Shown here in pieces: positions 20,397 through 30,344 of a stretch of 64,000 nucleotides of DNA (position 1 is the stretch's first letter; every line of letters starts with the position of its first letter). A program made the translations under genes and the position numbers. The stretch comes from Chloroflexota bacterium. Lineage in GTDB: Bacteria; Chloroflexota; UBA6077; CF-72. The notes beneath the pieces were generated by a model. That model did no database searches. It was not told where the DNA came from and was given only the letters and a program-made list of their open reading frames with translations. Location of the stretch: assembly GCA_016191465.1 (NCBI GenBank), contig JACPOP010000008.1:113129-177128 (forward strand), in the 5' to 3' direction.

Positions 20397-21566
20397 TCAC
20401 CGAGCCGGCGCCGGAATGCGAGCGCGCGGTCTGGCTCGATTGGGCACGAAGGGTAACGCGCTCACCCGGGCTGGCACCCGACGCCCGCGAACCTGCACCG
20501 CGACCTCGGTCCCGTCGCCATCGTCGGACGCTGGGAGGTATCCAAGCGCAATGCTGCGCCGGAGTGTAGGCGAGAACGTGCCGCTCGTAACGCGGCCGAT
20601 CTCGGTGCCGTTCGTGGCCACGAGCGGATACTCGGGACGGGGCACGCCACCCTCGCCCACCAGCAGGCCGACCAGCGTTCGGGTGGGCCCTTGCACCTTG
20701 ATTGACCGGAGCGCCTCTCGGCCGACGAATGCTGCCTTGTTGAGGCTCACCACCCAGCCGAGTCGTGCTTCGAAGGGATTGGTGGAGCGGTCGATCTCGT
20801 GCCCGTACAGCGACATGCCCGCCTCCGTGCGCAGGGTGTCGCGGGCGCCCAGACCGCACGCCCGCGGCTGCACCGGTGAATCCAGCAGCGCCTCCCACAG
20901 GGTCTCGGAGTGCTCCGCGCGCACCATCAGCTCGAACCCGTCCTCGCCGGTGTAGCCGGTGCGGGCGAGCAGCGTCGGGTAGCCTGCCACGGTGGTCTGC
21001 AGGAAGCCGTACCCTGGGAGGGCGTCCAGGTCAGCGCCGCTGGCCAGCGGCGCCAGCGCCTCCTGAGCCCGCGGGCCCTGGACGCCGATGAGCGCGGTCT
21101 CCTGCGTCTGATCGTCTAGCGCGACGCTGAACCCCTTCTCCTGGGCCTGGTCCCGGAACCACTGGACGTCAACCTCGCGGTTGGAGGCGTTGAACACGAA
21201 CAGCAGCTCACCGGGGCCAAGCACGTACGCGATCACGTCGTCGACGATGCCACCATCGGGCGCGCACAGCAGCGCATAGGCGGCTCCGCCCGGCGGCACC
21301 CGCGCCAGGTCGCGTGTGGCGCACCACTGTGACAGCGCCAGGGCGTCCGGGCCGCGGACGTACACCCGGCCCATGTGGGAGAGGTCGAATAGGCCGCACC
21401 CCTCGCGTACGGCCGTGTGCTCCGCGAGAATGCCCGTTGGGTACTGGACGGGCATCTCCCAGCCCGCGAAGTCGACCAGCCGAGCCCCCAGCCGGCGGTG
21501 GGCAGCGGTCAGCGGTGTCTGCAAGAGCGCGCGCTCAGCGGGTTGTCGGCTCGGCTCAGAAGTCAC
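20397..21566 (-). CDS. gcvT: Glycine cleavage T protein (aminomethyltransferase)
   Basis: FAGWEMPVQY, DLSHMG, RTGYTGEDGFE, GLGARDTLRTEAG. Confidence 0.96.
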   Translation of the reverse strand: MTSEPSRQPAERALLQTPLTAAHRRLGARLVDFAGWEMPVQYPTGILAEHTAVREGCGLFDLSHMGRVYVRGPDALALSQWCATRDLARVPPGGAAYALLCAPDGGIVDDVIAYVLGPGELLFVFNASNREVDVQWFRDQAQEKGFSVALDDQTQETALIGVQGPRAQEALAPLASGADLDALPGYGFLQTTVAGYPTLLARTGYTGEDGFELMVRAEHSETLWEALLDSPVQPRACGLGARDTLRTEAGMSLYGHEIDRSTNPFEARLGWVVSLNKAAFVGREALRSIKVQGPTRTLVGLLVGEGGVPRPEYPLVATNGTEIGRVTSGTFSPTLRRSIALGYLPASDDGDGTEVAVQVRGRRVPARVSALPFVPNRARPRARIPAPAR

Positions 21567-21669
21567 GGCACCAGTATCTCACCCGCGCGGCGGTTCCGGT
21601 AGCGGCTCCGCGGATGAGCGGCGGCGGCGGACGGAAGCTTCGCCCCCGGAAGTCGGCGTTGGCGTTCAT

Positions 21670-21700
21670 GCGACGGGCGGGCCGGTGGCCCGCCCGTCGC
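21670..21700 (-). terminator. GC-rich hairpin downstream of the ferredoxin gene
   Basis: gcgacgggcgggcc-ggt-ggcccgcccgtcgc, 14-bp stem; no clear U tract. Confidence 0.5.
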
Positions 21701-21725
21701 TATACGTCCAGGCTGGGCCGCCAGG

Positions 21726-21962
21726 TTAGAGTCCGGACATCTCCTTGTTTTTGGCGGTGTAGCTCTGCCACTCTGCGGGCACCGCGCTCTCGTGAAAGAT
21801 CGCATTCACGGGGCACTCTGGCTCGCACGCCCCGCACTCGATGCACTCGTCGGGATTGATGTAGTACATGTCTGGTGCCTCGTAGATGCACGAGACGGGG
21901 CACACGTCCACGCAGCTCGCGTTCTTGGTGCCAATGCATGGCTCGGTGATGACGTACGTCAC
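21726..21962 (-). CDS. 7Fe (3Fe-4S/4Fe-4S) ferredoxin, FdxA type
   Basis: [26 protein letters not shown]...[12 protein letters not shown]. Confidence 0.93.
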   Translation of the reverse strand: MTYVITEPCIGTKNASCVDVCPVSCIYEAPDMYYINPDECIECGACEPECPVNAIFHESAVPAEWQSYTAKNKEMSGL

Positions 21963-22057
21963 GTGGGACAGGGCCTCCGATGCATGAGTAGAGCTATCGT
22001 GAGCAAGCCCACGACTTCAGATCTCAGTAACCCTACCCGTCTGCTCCCCCGCGACGC

Positions 22058-22073
22058 TGTGACCTAGGTCACA
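22058..22073. promoter_or_regulatory. CRP/FNR-family binding site (TGTGA-N6-TCACA)
   Basis: TGTGAcctaggTCACA is a perfect consensus and perfect 16-bp palindrome; minus-strand TAGGGT -10 at 22035-22030. Confidence 0.75.
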
Positions 22074-22815
22074 CCTCGTGGGTCCAGGCGATCCGCTCCA
22101 ACAGCAAGCGATCCTGCACGTGGACCCGCCCCCGCTCGAGGCGAATCGCACCATCCAGCGAGAGCGTCTTGAGGGCCCGGCCCACAACTTCGCGGCGCGA
22201 GCCGGCCATAGCGGCTAGGAGCTCCTGCGTGAGCCAGGGCGCGCGTGGATTGTCGTCTGCTGCCTGCCCACCCAGGAGGATCTTTGCCACGCGGCTGGTG
22301 ACGTCGCGAAACGCCAGGTCCTCCACCAGCGCCAGCGCCTCACGCAGACGGCGGGCGAAGTCACGTGTGACGGCTAGCGCCACGGCGGAACGCTGCGCGA
22401 CGATCTGCAGCAGGTCGCGCCGACGCAGCAGGTACAGCGTGCAATCCTCGATCGCCTGGGCACTGGCCGGGTTCGGTCCCTCGTCGACAGCGGCAACCTC
22501 GTTGAACATCTCGCCCGGCCGCACCAGGCGGAGGACCTGTTCTCGGCCGCGGGGCGACGTCTTGTACAGCTTCACCCGTCCCGACTGCAGGACGTAGAGC
22601 ACCGACGAGGCGGCGCCCTCCAGGAGCACGACCTGCCCCGCCGGATACGAGACCTGGCGCATGGCGGCGCCGAGCGCCGCCATGTCATCGTCGGCGAGGT
22701 CGCCAAAAAAGGGCGACCGCATGGCCCGCAGATCTGATGCCGCGACCGGGCGTGGCTTCTCGCGCGCCGCTCGCCGGTCGGTCGGGCGAGTGAGCAGCGA
22801 GGAAGGTGCAGCCAC
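22069..22815 (-). CDS. Crp/Fnr family transcriptional regulator
   Basis: cNMP-binding barrel (LYVLQSGRVKL, PGEMFNE) plus HTH LTQELLAAMAGSRREVVGRAL; start uncertain (GTG 22815 or ATG 22722). Confidence 0.9.
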   Translation of the reverse strand: MAAPSSLLTRPTDRRAAREKPRPVAASDLRAMRSPFFGDLADDDMAALGAAMRQVSYPAGQVVLLEGAASSVLYVLQSGRVKLYKTSPRGREQVLRLVRPGEMFNEVAAVDEGPNPASAQAIEDCTLYLLRRRDLLQIVAQRSAVALAVTRDFARRLREALALVEDLAFRDVTSRVAKILLGGQAADDNPRAPWLTQELLAAMAGSRREVVGRALKTLSLDGAIRLERGRVHVQDRLLLERIAWTHEV

Positions 22816-23061
22816 GTCTGTCCTGGTCGGAAGGGTCAGAGTATAGGTAGGCCGGCCGGCCTGCGAGCGCGGCCACACCGAACGGGAGTACCGTGACGCA
22901 CGAATCTTGCGTATTGACAAAGGCGCCAGTGAGGTCCAGAGAATGGCCGGAGCCGAGGACCTGCTGCGCACTGGCTCCGCCACCAGAGCCTGGTGGCCGT
23001 TCCGAGATCATCCACACTGGCAGCACAGGTAGGGAACGCCTGTCCAGGGAAGGGCACTGAT

Positions 23062-24813
23062 ATGTCGGTAGATGAAAAGACCGCGGCTGCTACTGGGAAC
23101 GCGGCCGAGGGCGCCTCCCCCGCGGACCGTCCCTGGCTGAAGTTCTACGAGCCCGGCGTCCCACACGACGTCGAGATCCCCAACCAGACGCTGCCGGAGC
23201 TCCTCGCGGATGCCGCGAAGCGCTGGCCGGAGCGCGTCGCCGTCGGTTTCCAGGGCGCGTCGCTCACCTATGCGGAGATCGACGCGCTCGCGTGGCGCTT
23301 CGCGCATGTTCTGCTCCGCCTGGGTGTCTCTCCTGGCGATCGGGTCGCGCTCCTGCTCCCGAACTCACCGCAGTTCGTCTTCGCCTATTACGGCGTGATG
23401 CGCGCGGGCGCGATCGTGGTGCCCACCAGTCCCTTGTATGTGCAGCGCGAGATCGAGCACCAGCTCGCAGACGCCGGGGTGAAGGTGGCCCTGGTGCTTT
23501 CGGCCCTCTACCCCCGTGTGGCGGAGGCGCGCCGCAACCTGCCGGACCTCGAGCACGTGATCGTGACCAACATCAAGGAGTACTTCCCTCCGCTCATTAA
23601 GGTGTTGTTCACGGTGGCCAAAGAGCGCAAGGACGGGCACAACCAGACGCTGCCAAAGGACGGGCGGACCCACTGGCTACAACCCCTCCTGCAGGCCGGA
23701 TCTTCGGCGCCCCTCCCTGCCCGCGGCACCCCCCACGATCTCGCGGTGTTGCAGTACACGGGTGGGACCACCGGCCTCGCCAAAGCCGCCATGCTCAGCC
23801 ACCGCAACCTGCTCGCGAACGCCGCGCAGGCGCGGGCATGGTTTACGAACGTCACCCGGCCGGACGGCCGCGATACCATCCTGGCCGCGATTCCCCTGTT
23901 CCACATTTACGCCATGACCTCGGTGATGAACCTGGCGGTCCTGGGTGGTGCACGCATGCTGCTCCACCCGAAGTTCGATCTCAAGGCTGTCCTGAAGGCG
24001 CTGCACTCGGAACGACCAGATCTGTTTCCCGGAGTGCCGACGATGTACATGGCGATCAACAATGCGCCGGGGCTGGCACGCTACAACATCACTTCACTGA
24101 AGGCGTGCATCAGCGGAGCCGCGCCGCTACCGCGTGACGTTCAGACGCGGTTTGAAGCACTGACGGGCGCAAAGCTGGTCGAGGGCTACGGCCTGAGCGA
24201 GGCGAGTCCCGTCACCCACTGCACCCCGCTCACGGGACTACGAAAGGTGGGCAGCATTGGTGTGCCATTCCCCGGAACGGACGCCGCGGTCTTCGACCAG
24301 GAGACGGGAACCCGCCGTCTGGGCATCGGAGAGGTCGGCGAGCTCGCGGTCCGCGGTCCGCAGGTGATGCACGGCTACTGGAATCGGCCCGAAGAAACAG
24401 CCGAGGTGCTGCGCGACGGTTGGCTGTTCACCGGCGACCTGGTCACGGTCGATGCGGATGGCTACTTCAGCATTGTCGACCGGAAGAAAGACGTGATCCT
24501 CTCCGGCGGAGTGAACGTCTACCCACGTGACGTGGAAGAGCCCCTGTATAGGCACCCGGCGGTGCAGGAGGCTGTCGCGGTTGGGCTCCCCGACGAGTAC
24601 TGGGGCGAAGCGGTCAAGGTATACATAGTCCTGAAGCCTGGCCACACGGCCACTGTCGAGGAGATCCAGCGCTATTGCCACGCGCAGATGGCCAGCTACA
24701 AGGTGCCGAAGTACGTGGAGTTCCGCGATTCGCTGCCCAAGTCCCTGGTCGGCAAGTTCCTTCGGCGGATGCTCCTCGAAGAAGAAGCGGCCCGCACGCA
24801 TACGGGCTCGTAG
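23062..24813 (+). CDS. Long-chain-fatty-acid--CoA ligase
   Basis: YTGGTTGLAK, EGYGLSE, GD...DRKKD, GKFLRR. Confidence 0.93.
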   Translation: MSVDEKTAAATGNAAEGASPADRPWLKFYEPGVPHDVEIPNQTLPELLADAAKRWPERVAVGFQGASLTYAEIDALAWRFAHVLLRLGVSPGDRVALLLPNSPQFVFAYYGVMRAGAIVVPTSPLYVQREIEHQLADAGVKVALVLSALYPRVAEARRNLPDLEHVIVTNIKEYFPPLIKVLFTVAKERKDGHNQTLPKDGRTHWLQPLLQAGSSAPLPARGTPHDLAVLQYTGGTTGLAKAAMLSHRNLLANAAQARAWFTNVTRPDGRDTILAAIPLFHIYAMTSVMNLAVLGGARMLLHPKFDLKAVLKALHSERPDLFPGVPTMYMAINNAPGLARYNITSLKACISGAAPLPRDVQTRFEALTGAKLVEGYGLSEASPVTHCTPLTGLRKVGSIGVPFPGTDAAVFDQETGTRRLGIGEVGELAVRGPQVMHGYWNRPEETAEVLRDGWLFTGDLVTVDADGYFSIVDRKKDVILSGGVNVYPRDVEEPLYRHPAVQEAVAVGLPDEYWGEAVKVYIVLKPGHTATVEEIQRYCHAQMASYKVPKYVEFRDSLPKSLVGKFLRRMLLEEEAARTHTGS

Positions 24814-24898
24814 TCCGTCACGGCAGGTATGCGGGGTTGACTGCTCCTCGGCAATCCTGCGTTGATAGTGCACGAGCCGACCTCAAGGTGGGCACGGC

Positions 24899-26203
24899 GT
24901 GAAGCGCCGCCGGCCACCTCGCGCCGCGCCCATCGGGGAGCCCCAGGACGTCCAGTTTGAGGCCGCTGCGTTCGGGGGCGACGCGGTCGGGCATCTAGCG
25001 GATGGGCGCGTGGTCTTTGCGCCGCGCCTCCTTCCCGGCGAGCACGCCTCGGTCAGGGTTGTCGACGACCGGAAGGACTTTGCTCGCGCCGAGCTCGCGC
25101 AGCTTCACGTTGCTGCCGCGGGACGCACCGAGCCCCCCTGTCCGTACTTCACCGGCGGCTGTGGCGGCTGCTCCTGGCAGCACGCGGACTACCCGCTCCA
25201 GTTGCAGATCAAGCGCGACGTCGTGGTCGAGCAGCTTCGCCGCATTGGCCGTTTCGCCGAGGCGGACAACCTGGTCCGCCCGCCCATCGGGATGGTCGAT
25301 CCGTGGCATTACCGCAACCAGGCGCGCTTTACGGTTGGTCGCCGGTTCGGCGAGCTGTGCTTCACCCTGAAATCTACGCACCGCCTGCTGCGCATTGACC
25401 ACTGCTGGATTGTCCACCCCGCCATCAATGCCACGTTGGAGGTGCTGCAAGGCAAGCTTGCCGGCGTTGAGCGGCACATCCACCAGGTGGGAATCAGGGT
25501 CGGCGCCAATACCGGGCAGGTGATCGTGGATCCGGCACTGCCGGAGGTGCCCGAGGTGGAGAGCGGTCAGACTTACCTGGAGGAGGAGCTCCTGGGTACC
25601 CGCTTTCGCCTGCACCCATCGTCGTTCTTCCAGGTCAACACGCGGCGCGAGCAACGCCCGCTCCCAGACGAGCTCCCACGCGCGCTGCTGCCAATCCCCG
25701 AGGATGGTCTGAGCATGGCCGAGCTTCTTGCCCTGGTGGTGCTCGACCGAGTTGATCCGCGGCGCGACCACCTGGTGGTGGATGCGTACTCTGGCGTGGG
25801 CACGTTCGCGCTTCTGATGGCGCCGCTCGTACGGGAGGTGGCAGGTATTGAGGAGGCTCGGACGGCGGTGCAGGATGCGCAGCACAACGGCGGGCATATG
25901 CCGAACGTGCGATTCGTTGCAGGTAAGACGGAGGACGTGCTCGGCACCCTCGCTTTCTCTCGCCGGCCAGACGCGGTAGTGCTCGATCCGGCGCGGGTTG
26001 GCTGCCATCCAGCGGTGCTGGACACCCTGCTCGGAGAAGCGCTCCGCCCGCCGAAACTCGTCTACGTGTCTTGCGACCCGGCTACCTTGGCGCGCGATCT
26101 TCGGATCCTCGTCGACGGTGGGTACGTGCTCCAGGATGTCCAGCCACTGGACATGTTCCCGCAGACCCACCACATTGAGTGTGTGGCGACGTTAACCCTG
26201 TAA
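24899..26203 (+). CDS. RlmD/TrmA family RNA (uracil-C5)-methyltransferase
   Basis: TRAM domain, CPYF..CGGC Fe-S motif, FFQVN, LDPAR, YVSCDPATLARD, DMFPQTHHIE. Confidence 0.9.
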   Translation: MKRRRPPRAAPIGEPQDVQFEAAAFGGDAVGHLADGRVVFAPRLLPGEHASVRVVDDRKDFARAELAQLHVAAAGRTEPPCPYFTGGCGGCSWQHADYPLQLQIKRDVVVEQLRRIGRFAEADNLVRPPIGMVDPWHYRNQARFTVGRRFGELCFTLKSTHRLLRIDHCWIVHPAINATLEVLQGKLAGVERHIHQVGIRVGANTGQVIVDPALPEVPEVESGQTYLEEELLGTRFRLHPSSFFQVNTRREQRPLPDELPRALLPIPEDGLSMAELLALVVLDRVDPRRDHLVVDAYSGVGTFALLMAPLVREVAGIEEARTAVQDAQHNGGHMPNVRFVAGKTEDVLGTLAFSRRPDAVVLDPARVGCHPAVLDTLLGEALRPPKLVYVSCDPATLARDLRILVDGGYVLQDVQPLDMFPQTHHIECVATLTL

Positions 26204-26208
26204 GAGTA

Positions 26209-26336
26209 ACCAGGACCCCTGAAAGCAGCGCCGCCCCGCAGCGTGAGACCCCTGGGTGCGCGGGCGTCCCGCCCGCTTCGTCGCCCGCGTGGGACGGGCC
26301 AGAGGCCCGCGCACCCAGACGACGTGGCGAACACGC
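26209..26336. repeat. About 130-bp interspersed REP-like repeat, copy 1
   Basis: Contains CTGGGTGCGCGGGCGTCCCGCCCGC...GCCCGCGCACCCAG; its reverse complement aligns along its length with 50446-50575. Confidence 0.8.
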
Positions 26337-26641
26337 TTGCCTGAACCAAATCCTCACGGCCACCCCTGGAAGAATCTAACCCTATGTAACGCGCGCGGGT
26401 CTGGGTACCGAGCCACTGCGGGAGGATTCAACCCCTCGCCCTGTTCGGCGAGCAACGAAGCTGCCCTCCAAGAATTTCAGTACATTCGTACGGGTTGTCC
26501 GGTGATCGCCTGGTATTGGTGTTCGACCGCCGGGACGTGTACTCTCCGCCCGTCGGTTGACCCCCAAAGGCGCGTGCATCAATTGAATGGCATCCACGCG
26601 CTTCGGGGTGCTCAGCGTTCATCAGTAAGGGAGTGCACCAC

Positions 26642-27007
26642 ATGCACCAAAGATTCGTTCAGCGCCTCCTCGCCTTCGCACTGGTCGGCCTCCTCAGCAT
26701 CGGGGCCGCCGTGCCCGCGTTTGCCCAGGATCAGCGCGACTTTCAGATTCTGAACAACAGCTCTGGTCCCATTGTCAACGCGTGGATTGCGCCGAGCGAT
26801 GCCGCGGATTGGGGCCCCCAGGTCCTCAGCGCGCCGATCGAGCCGGGCGAAACACGCGGCATCGTGTTCCTGTACCCCGCTCCTGGCGTCTGCAGCTACG
26901 ACATCCATTTGACCTATGCGGACGAGCGGCCGGACCAGTTGAACGGCCTCGATATCTGCGCTGTCAACGTGATTACGGTCAACGACAACTCCATCGGCTT
27001 CGAGTAG
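26642..27007 (+). CDS. Small secreted beta-rich protein
   Basis: Sec signal ending AFA-Q; DFQILNNS...W.AP...WG..VL...C.YD...C motif; AAGGGAG RBS. Confidence 0.8.
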   Translation: MHQRFVQRLLAFALVGLLSIGAAVPAFAQDQRDFQILNNSSGPIVNAWIAPSDAADWGPQVLSAPIEPGETRGIVFLYPAPGVCSYDIHLTYADERPDQLNGLDICAVNVITVNDNSIGFE

Positions 27008-27021
27008 GCGGTCGGCCCAAC

Positions 27022-27065
27022 CCACGGAACAAGGGCGCCGCAGGTGCGGCGCCCTTGTTCCGTGG
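27022..27065. terminator. 21-bp perfect-stem hairpin
   Basis: ccacggaacaagggcgccgca-gg-tgcggcgcccttgttccgtgg, immediately after the stop codon, between convergent units. Confidence 0.65.
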
Positions 27066-27074
27066 CGCCCGCCA

Positions 27075-27300
27075 GGGCAGGCCGCAGCCCCGGCGATTCC
27101 TGATCGACGGCGTCCTCGACGCCATCGATCATCCAGCCGTTTTGGGGGATCATTGCTTCGGGCGGCGTCTGAAAGTTCGGCGCCCTTTCGACGAGGCTGT
27201 GCAGCGCGGGCTCGATCGCGTCGCGGTTCCAGCCGCGGATGAAGCGCCACGGCGTCGGGGCGCGAGAATCACGACGATGCCACGAGAAGTGGGCCACCAC
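27075..27300 (-). pseudogene. Probable truncated DUF1990-type gene fragment
   Basis: Translation LHSLVERAPNFQTPPEAMIPQNGWMIDGVEDAVDQESPG resembles the N-terminus of DUF1990-like proteins, then the similarity stops; recalled resemblance only. Confidence 0.4.
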
Positions 27301-27379
27301 CCCGGCGTCTCTGAGAGACGCCGGGCCGCTGTCGAGACGACCTCACCGCGCGACGCGGCTGACGGGCCCAGCGTCGGAA

Positions 27380-29593
27380 TCATGGCCCCGCGCCACCCAC
27401 ACCGATCGTCGGCAGCGGGAGCGGCCTGACATCCGCTGCCTCTTCGGGGACGGGAACACAGCGCTCACGCACCGTGCCGATCACCTCGCCGCCGGCTCGT
27501 CGAGCAGCGCGTTGGAGAAACGTCCGCCAGATCCTGCCCTGGAGGAATGACCCGCCGCAGTGGTACAGGACAAGGTTCCGCCACCCGTTGGCCCGGGTCC
27601 GAGTACAGACCCTGAGGAACACGCACTCCCCGGCCGCGTCCCGCGCCGCGATGGTGACCCGCCCAGCCTCGGGGTGGCTGCCCAGGGTCCGCAGCGTGAA
27701 GTCGCACTCGGACACGTGAACCACCTCAGATTCGGATGTCCCGGCACCCGGCATGACCACCTGGAGCCGGTCGCCGACGCCGAGGATGCCGGGGCCACCA
27801 GCGCGCGAGAAGCGGGCGAACGGCGCCGAGACGAGCGTGGGAAGCTGCTGCCGAACGACCTGCATCAGGCCGTCTGCACCGGTACCGTGGACGAGGACCC
27901 ACGCGTCGTACTGCATCAGTGGTCCGACCCCGTCCGCCGCCGTGAGCAGCCTGGTAGACGCCTCTGGCGCACGGAGACGGGCCGACACCTCGCCAGCGTG
28001 GCGCACGGCCCGGACGTTCCGCCGGAGAGACCCGGCGCGGTGGTCCAGCAGCAAGACTCTCGCGGCGTTCGAGCCGGCCGCGCCGTGCACGCCGCCGCCG
28101 GGGTGGCTCGAGGCGCCGCCCAGGTACAGCCCTTTGAGCGGCGCTCGATGTTGGAACCAGCCCGCGACGGGACGGAAAAGCAGTTGCTGGTCCAGGGTGT
28201 GGCTGCCTGAGCCAATGTCGCCGTCGACCAGGTTGGAGTTGGCGGCGAACAGGTCATCCGGTGTCTGGGCGTGAGTTGCCAGGACAAGGTCGCGGAGCCC
28301 GGGCGCGAACCGTTCCAACGTGTTCAACACGCGTTCGCCAAAGGGGTCCCTCAACCCCGACCAGGCGCCCGGCGCGAGCTTCTCGGCGGCATCGCCCTGC
28401 ACGCGGGCCGGAACGTGGGTCATGAGCCACAAGGTGTGCTGCCCGGCTGGCGCGCGCGACGGATCGGCCAGCGTGTGCAGCCCGGCCACCAGCAGCGGAT
28501 GCTCGGGCAGCACGCCCCGACGGGCCGCGGCCACGCCGCGCGTGAGCTCGTCGAGGCTGTCACCTAGGTGCAGCAAGAGCGTGTCCTGGAGGCCTTCGCC
28601 CTGGAACTGGGGCAGGCCGGAGAGTGCCACATCCATCTGGAACACGCCCGTGCCCCAACGGTAGCGCTGGACCTGGCGCAAGAAGTGTGGGGAAAGGTGT
28701 CCGCCCTCCACGAGGTCCAGGAACAGTGATTGCGGCTCCACCGTGGACAGGACGCCGCCAGGGGCAGCGTACTCGCCATCGCCCGTTCGCACCGCAACCA
28801 CCCGGCCGTCCCGCACCACCAGCCGCTGAACCCGCTGCCCCGTGAGGATGGTGCCGCCCAGCGACTCGACGTAGGCCGCCAGGGCATTGGAGAGGGCCTG
28901 AGCGCCGCCGCGGGGAATGGGCATCCCATGCTCCTGGGCAAGCGCGCACAGCAGCAACCCGAATCCACCGCTCACCGCGTCCTCCGGCGCCAGGTCCGCG
29001 TGCAGAACGCTGCCCGCGAGCCAGACGCGCGCCTCCTCGCCCTCAAAGAATCGCTCGCCCAGCGCGCGTGCCGAACCGGCCGTGATCTGCGCGAATTCAA
29101 GGAGCCGACGCGGCTCGCGCAGAAGGGGCGCAACTCGCAGCAGCGGTGCAGGGTAACCCAAGGGGTTGAAGAGCCCCGAGCAGAATGCCGAGCCGCCCCA
29201 CTGCCACCAGCGGCACAGCTCGCGCCACCCCGCACCGTCGCCGGGATGCGCCCTGTCGAACGACAGCGCTGATCCCTCCAGCGTGGATTGCACGGCGACG
29301 CCCCGGCCGCCGGGCGTGCCGCCACCGTACGGGCGGTGCCAGGTACACCATTCCAGGCCGAAGCGCTCGAGCGGAAGCTGGCCAATGGGTCCCACCGGGG
29401 CGAGCGGGTAAAAGGCCGAGAATGGGTCGTGCTTGAACCCCGGCAGCGTGTGCTCGCGCGTGCGTACCGCGCCCCCCACGTCGTCCCCAGCGTCCAGCAC
29501 CAGGACGCGCAGCCCGTCCCGCGCCAGCGTCGCGGCGGCGGTGAGGCCATTGGGGCCGGCGCCAATCACCACGACATCCGGATCGTGTGCCAT
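27380..29593 (-). CDS. Phytoene-dehydrogenase-like FAD oxidoreductase with C-terminal DUF1990-like domain
   Basis: VVIGAGPNGL (Rossmann), SAFYPL, GASSHPGGGVHG; about 200 extra aa with DGVGPL...TLGSHPEAG. Confidence 0.85.
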   Translation of the reverse strand: MAHDPDVVVIGAGPNGLTAAATLARDGLRVLVLDAGDDVGGAVRTREHTLPGFKHDPFSAFYPLAPVGPIGQLPLERFGLEWCTWHRPYGGGTPGGRGVAVQSTLEGSALSFDRAHPGDGAGWRELCRWWQWGGSAFCSGLFNPLGYPAPLLRVAPLLREPRRLLEFAQITAGSARALGERFFEGEEARVWLAGSVLHADLAPEDAVSGGFGLLLCALAQEHGMPIPRGGAQALSNALAAYVESLGGTILTGQRVQRLVVRDGRVVAVRTGDGEYAAPGGVLSTVEPQSLFLDLVEGGHLSPHFLRQVQRYRWGTGVFQMDVALSGLPQFQGEGLQDTLLLHLGDSLDELTRGVAAARRGVLPEHPLLVAGLHTLADPSRAPAGQHTLWLMTHVPARVQGDAAEKLAPGAWSGLRDPFGERVLNTLERFAPGLRDLVLATHAQTPDDLFAANSNLVDGDIGSGSHTLDQQLLFRPVAGWFQHRAPLKGLYLGGASSHPGGGVHGAAGSNAARVLLLDHRAGSLRRNVRAVRHAGEVSARLRAPEASTRLLTAADGVGPLMQYDAWVLVHGTGADGLMQVVRQQLPTLVSAPFARFSRAGGPGILGVGDRLQVVMPGAGTSESEVVHVSECDFTLRTLGSHPEAGRVTIAARDAAGECVFLRVCTRTRANGWRNLVLYHCGGSFLQGRIWRTFLQRAARRAGGEVIGTVRERCVPVPEEAADVRPLPLPTIGVGGAGP

Positions 29594-29687
29594 CGCGTAC
29601 TGGCAGGCAAGCGGTATGCCATCCGAAGGAGCGCGGCGGAACGGAAGCACCCTGGAACCGCTCGTGCCTGTGCCGGACAATTCACAC

Positions 29688-30332
29688 GTGCTCAACCGAC
29701 TGGTGCTCGCCTCCGCATCCCCCCGCCGCCAATTGCTCGTGGGACTCCTGTCCCATCCCTATCGCGTGGCTCCGCAAGACGTCGACGAGGCGGCGTTCGT
29801 CCTGGAGGACCCGGTTCTCACGGCGCTCAACATCGCACGGGCAAAGGCCCGCTCCGCCAGGCCGGCGCTCGACGAGAGCGAGATCGCCCTGACCGCCGAC
29901 ACGATCGTCGTGTCAGACGGCCAAGCGTTGGGGAAGCCGCGGTCGCCAGAGGAGGCGCGAAACATGTTGCGCGCACTCCGCGCGCGGCCTCACGTCGTGG
30001 CCACAGGTGTCTCGCTGACGGCGAGGAACGGCGAAGAATGGAACGCCATCGTGACCACGCGCGTGTTCATGCGCCACGTTGCCGATGTGGCGATTGACGC
30101 TTATGTCGCTCGCGGCGAGCCCTTCGACAAAGCTGGCGGGTACGCCATCCAGGATGAAGCATTCAACCCCGTGGAACGGGTCGAAGGCTGCTACCTCAAT
30201 GTCGTCGGGCTGCCGCTGTGCGCGGTCTCACGCGGCCTGGAGACGCTTGGAGCGGGACCAGCCGGCAGTGAGGAGCGGCTTCTGCCGCCCTGCCACTTCT
30301 GCCGAAGCGCGCCTTTCGAGATTCCGGGCTGA
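29688..30332 (+). CDS. maf: Maf family nucleoside triphosphate pyrophosphatase
   Basis: LVLASASPRRQLL, ADTIV, KP, DKAGGYAIQ, NVVGLP. Confidence 0.93.
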   Translation: MLNRLVLASASPRRQLLVGLLSHPYRVAPQDVDEAAFVLEDPVLTALNIARAKARSARPALDESEIALTADTIVVSDGQALGKPRSPEEARNMLRALRARPHVVATGVSLTARNGEEWNAIVTTRVFMRHVADVAIDAYVARGEPFDKAGGYAIQDEAFNPVERVEGCYLNVVGLPLCAVSRGLETLGAGPAGSEERLLPPCHFCRSAPFEIPG

Positions 30333-30344
30333 GCCGACCGATCG

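Noticed and set aside
21567-21725. Glycine riboswitch upstream of gcvT
   Set aside because: No GGAGA...GAAGG...CTCAGG aptamer core seen; only a simple GC hairpin.
26380-26640. Riboswitch upstream of the secreted protein
   Set aside because: An imperfect hairpin at about 26561-26608 exists, but I recognised no known aptamer consensus.
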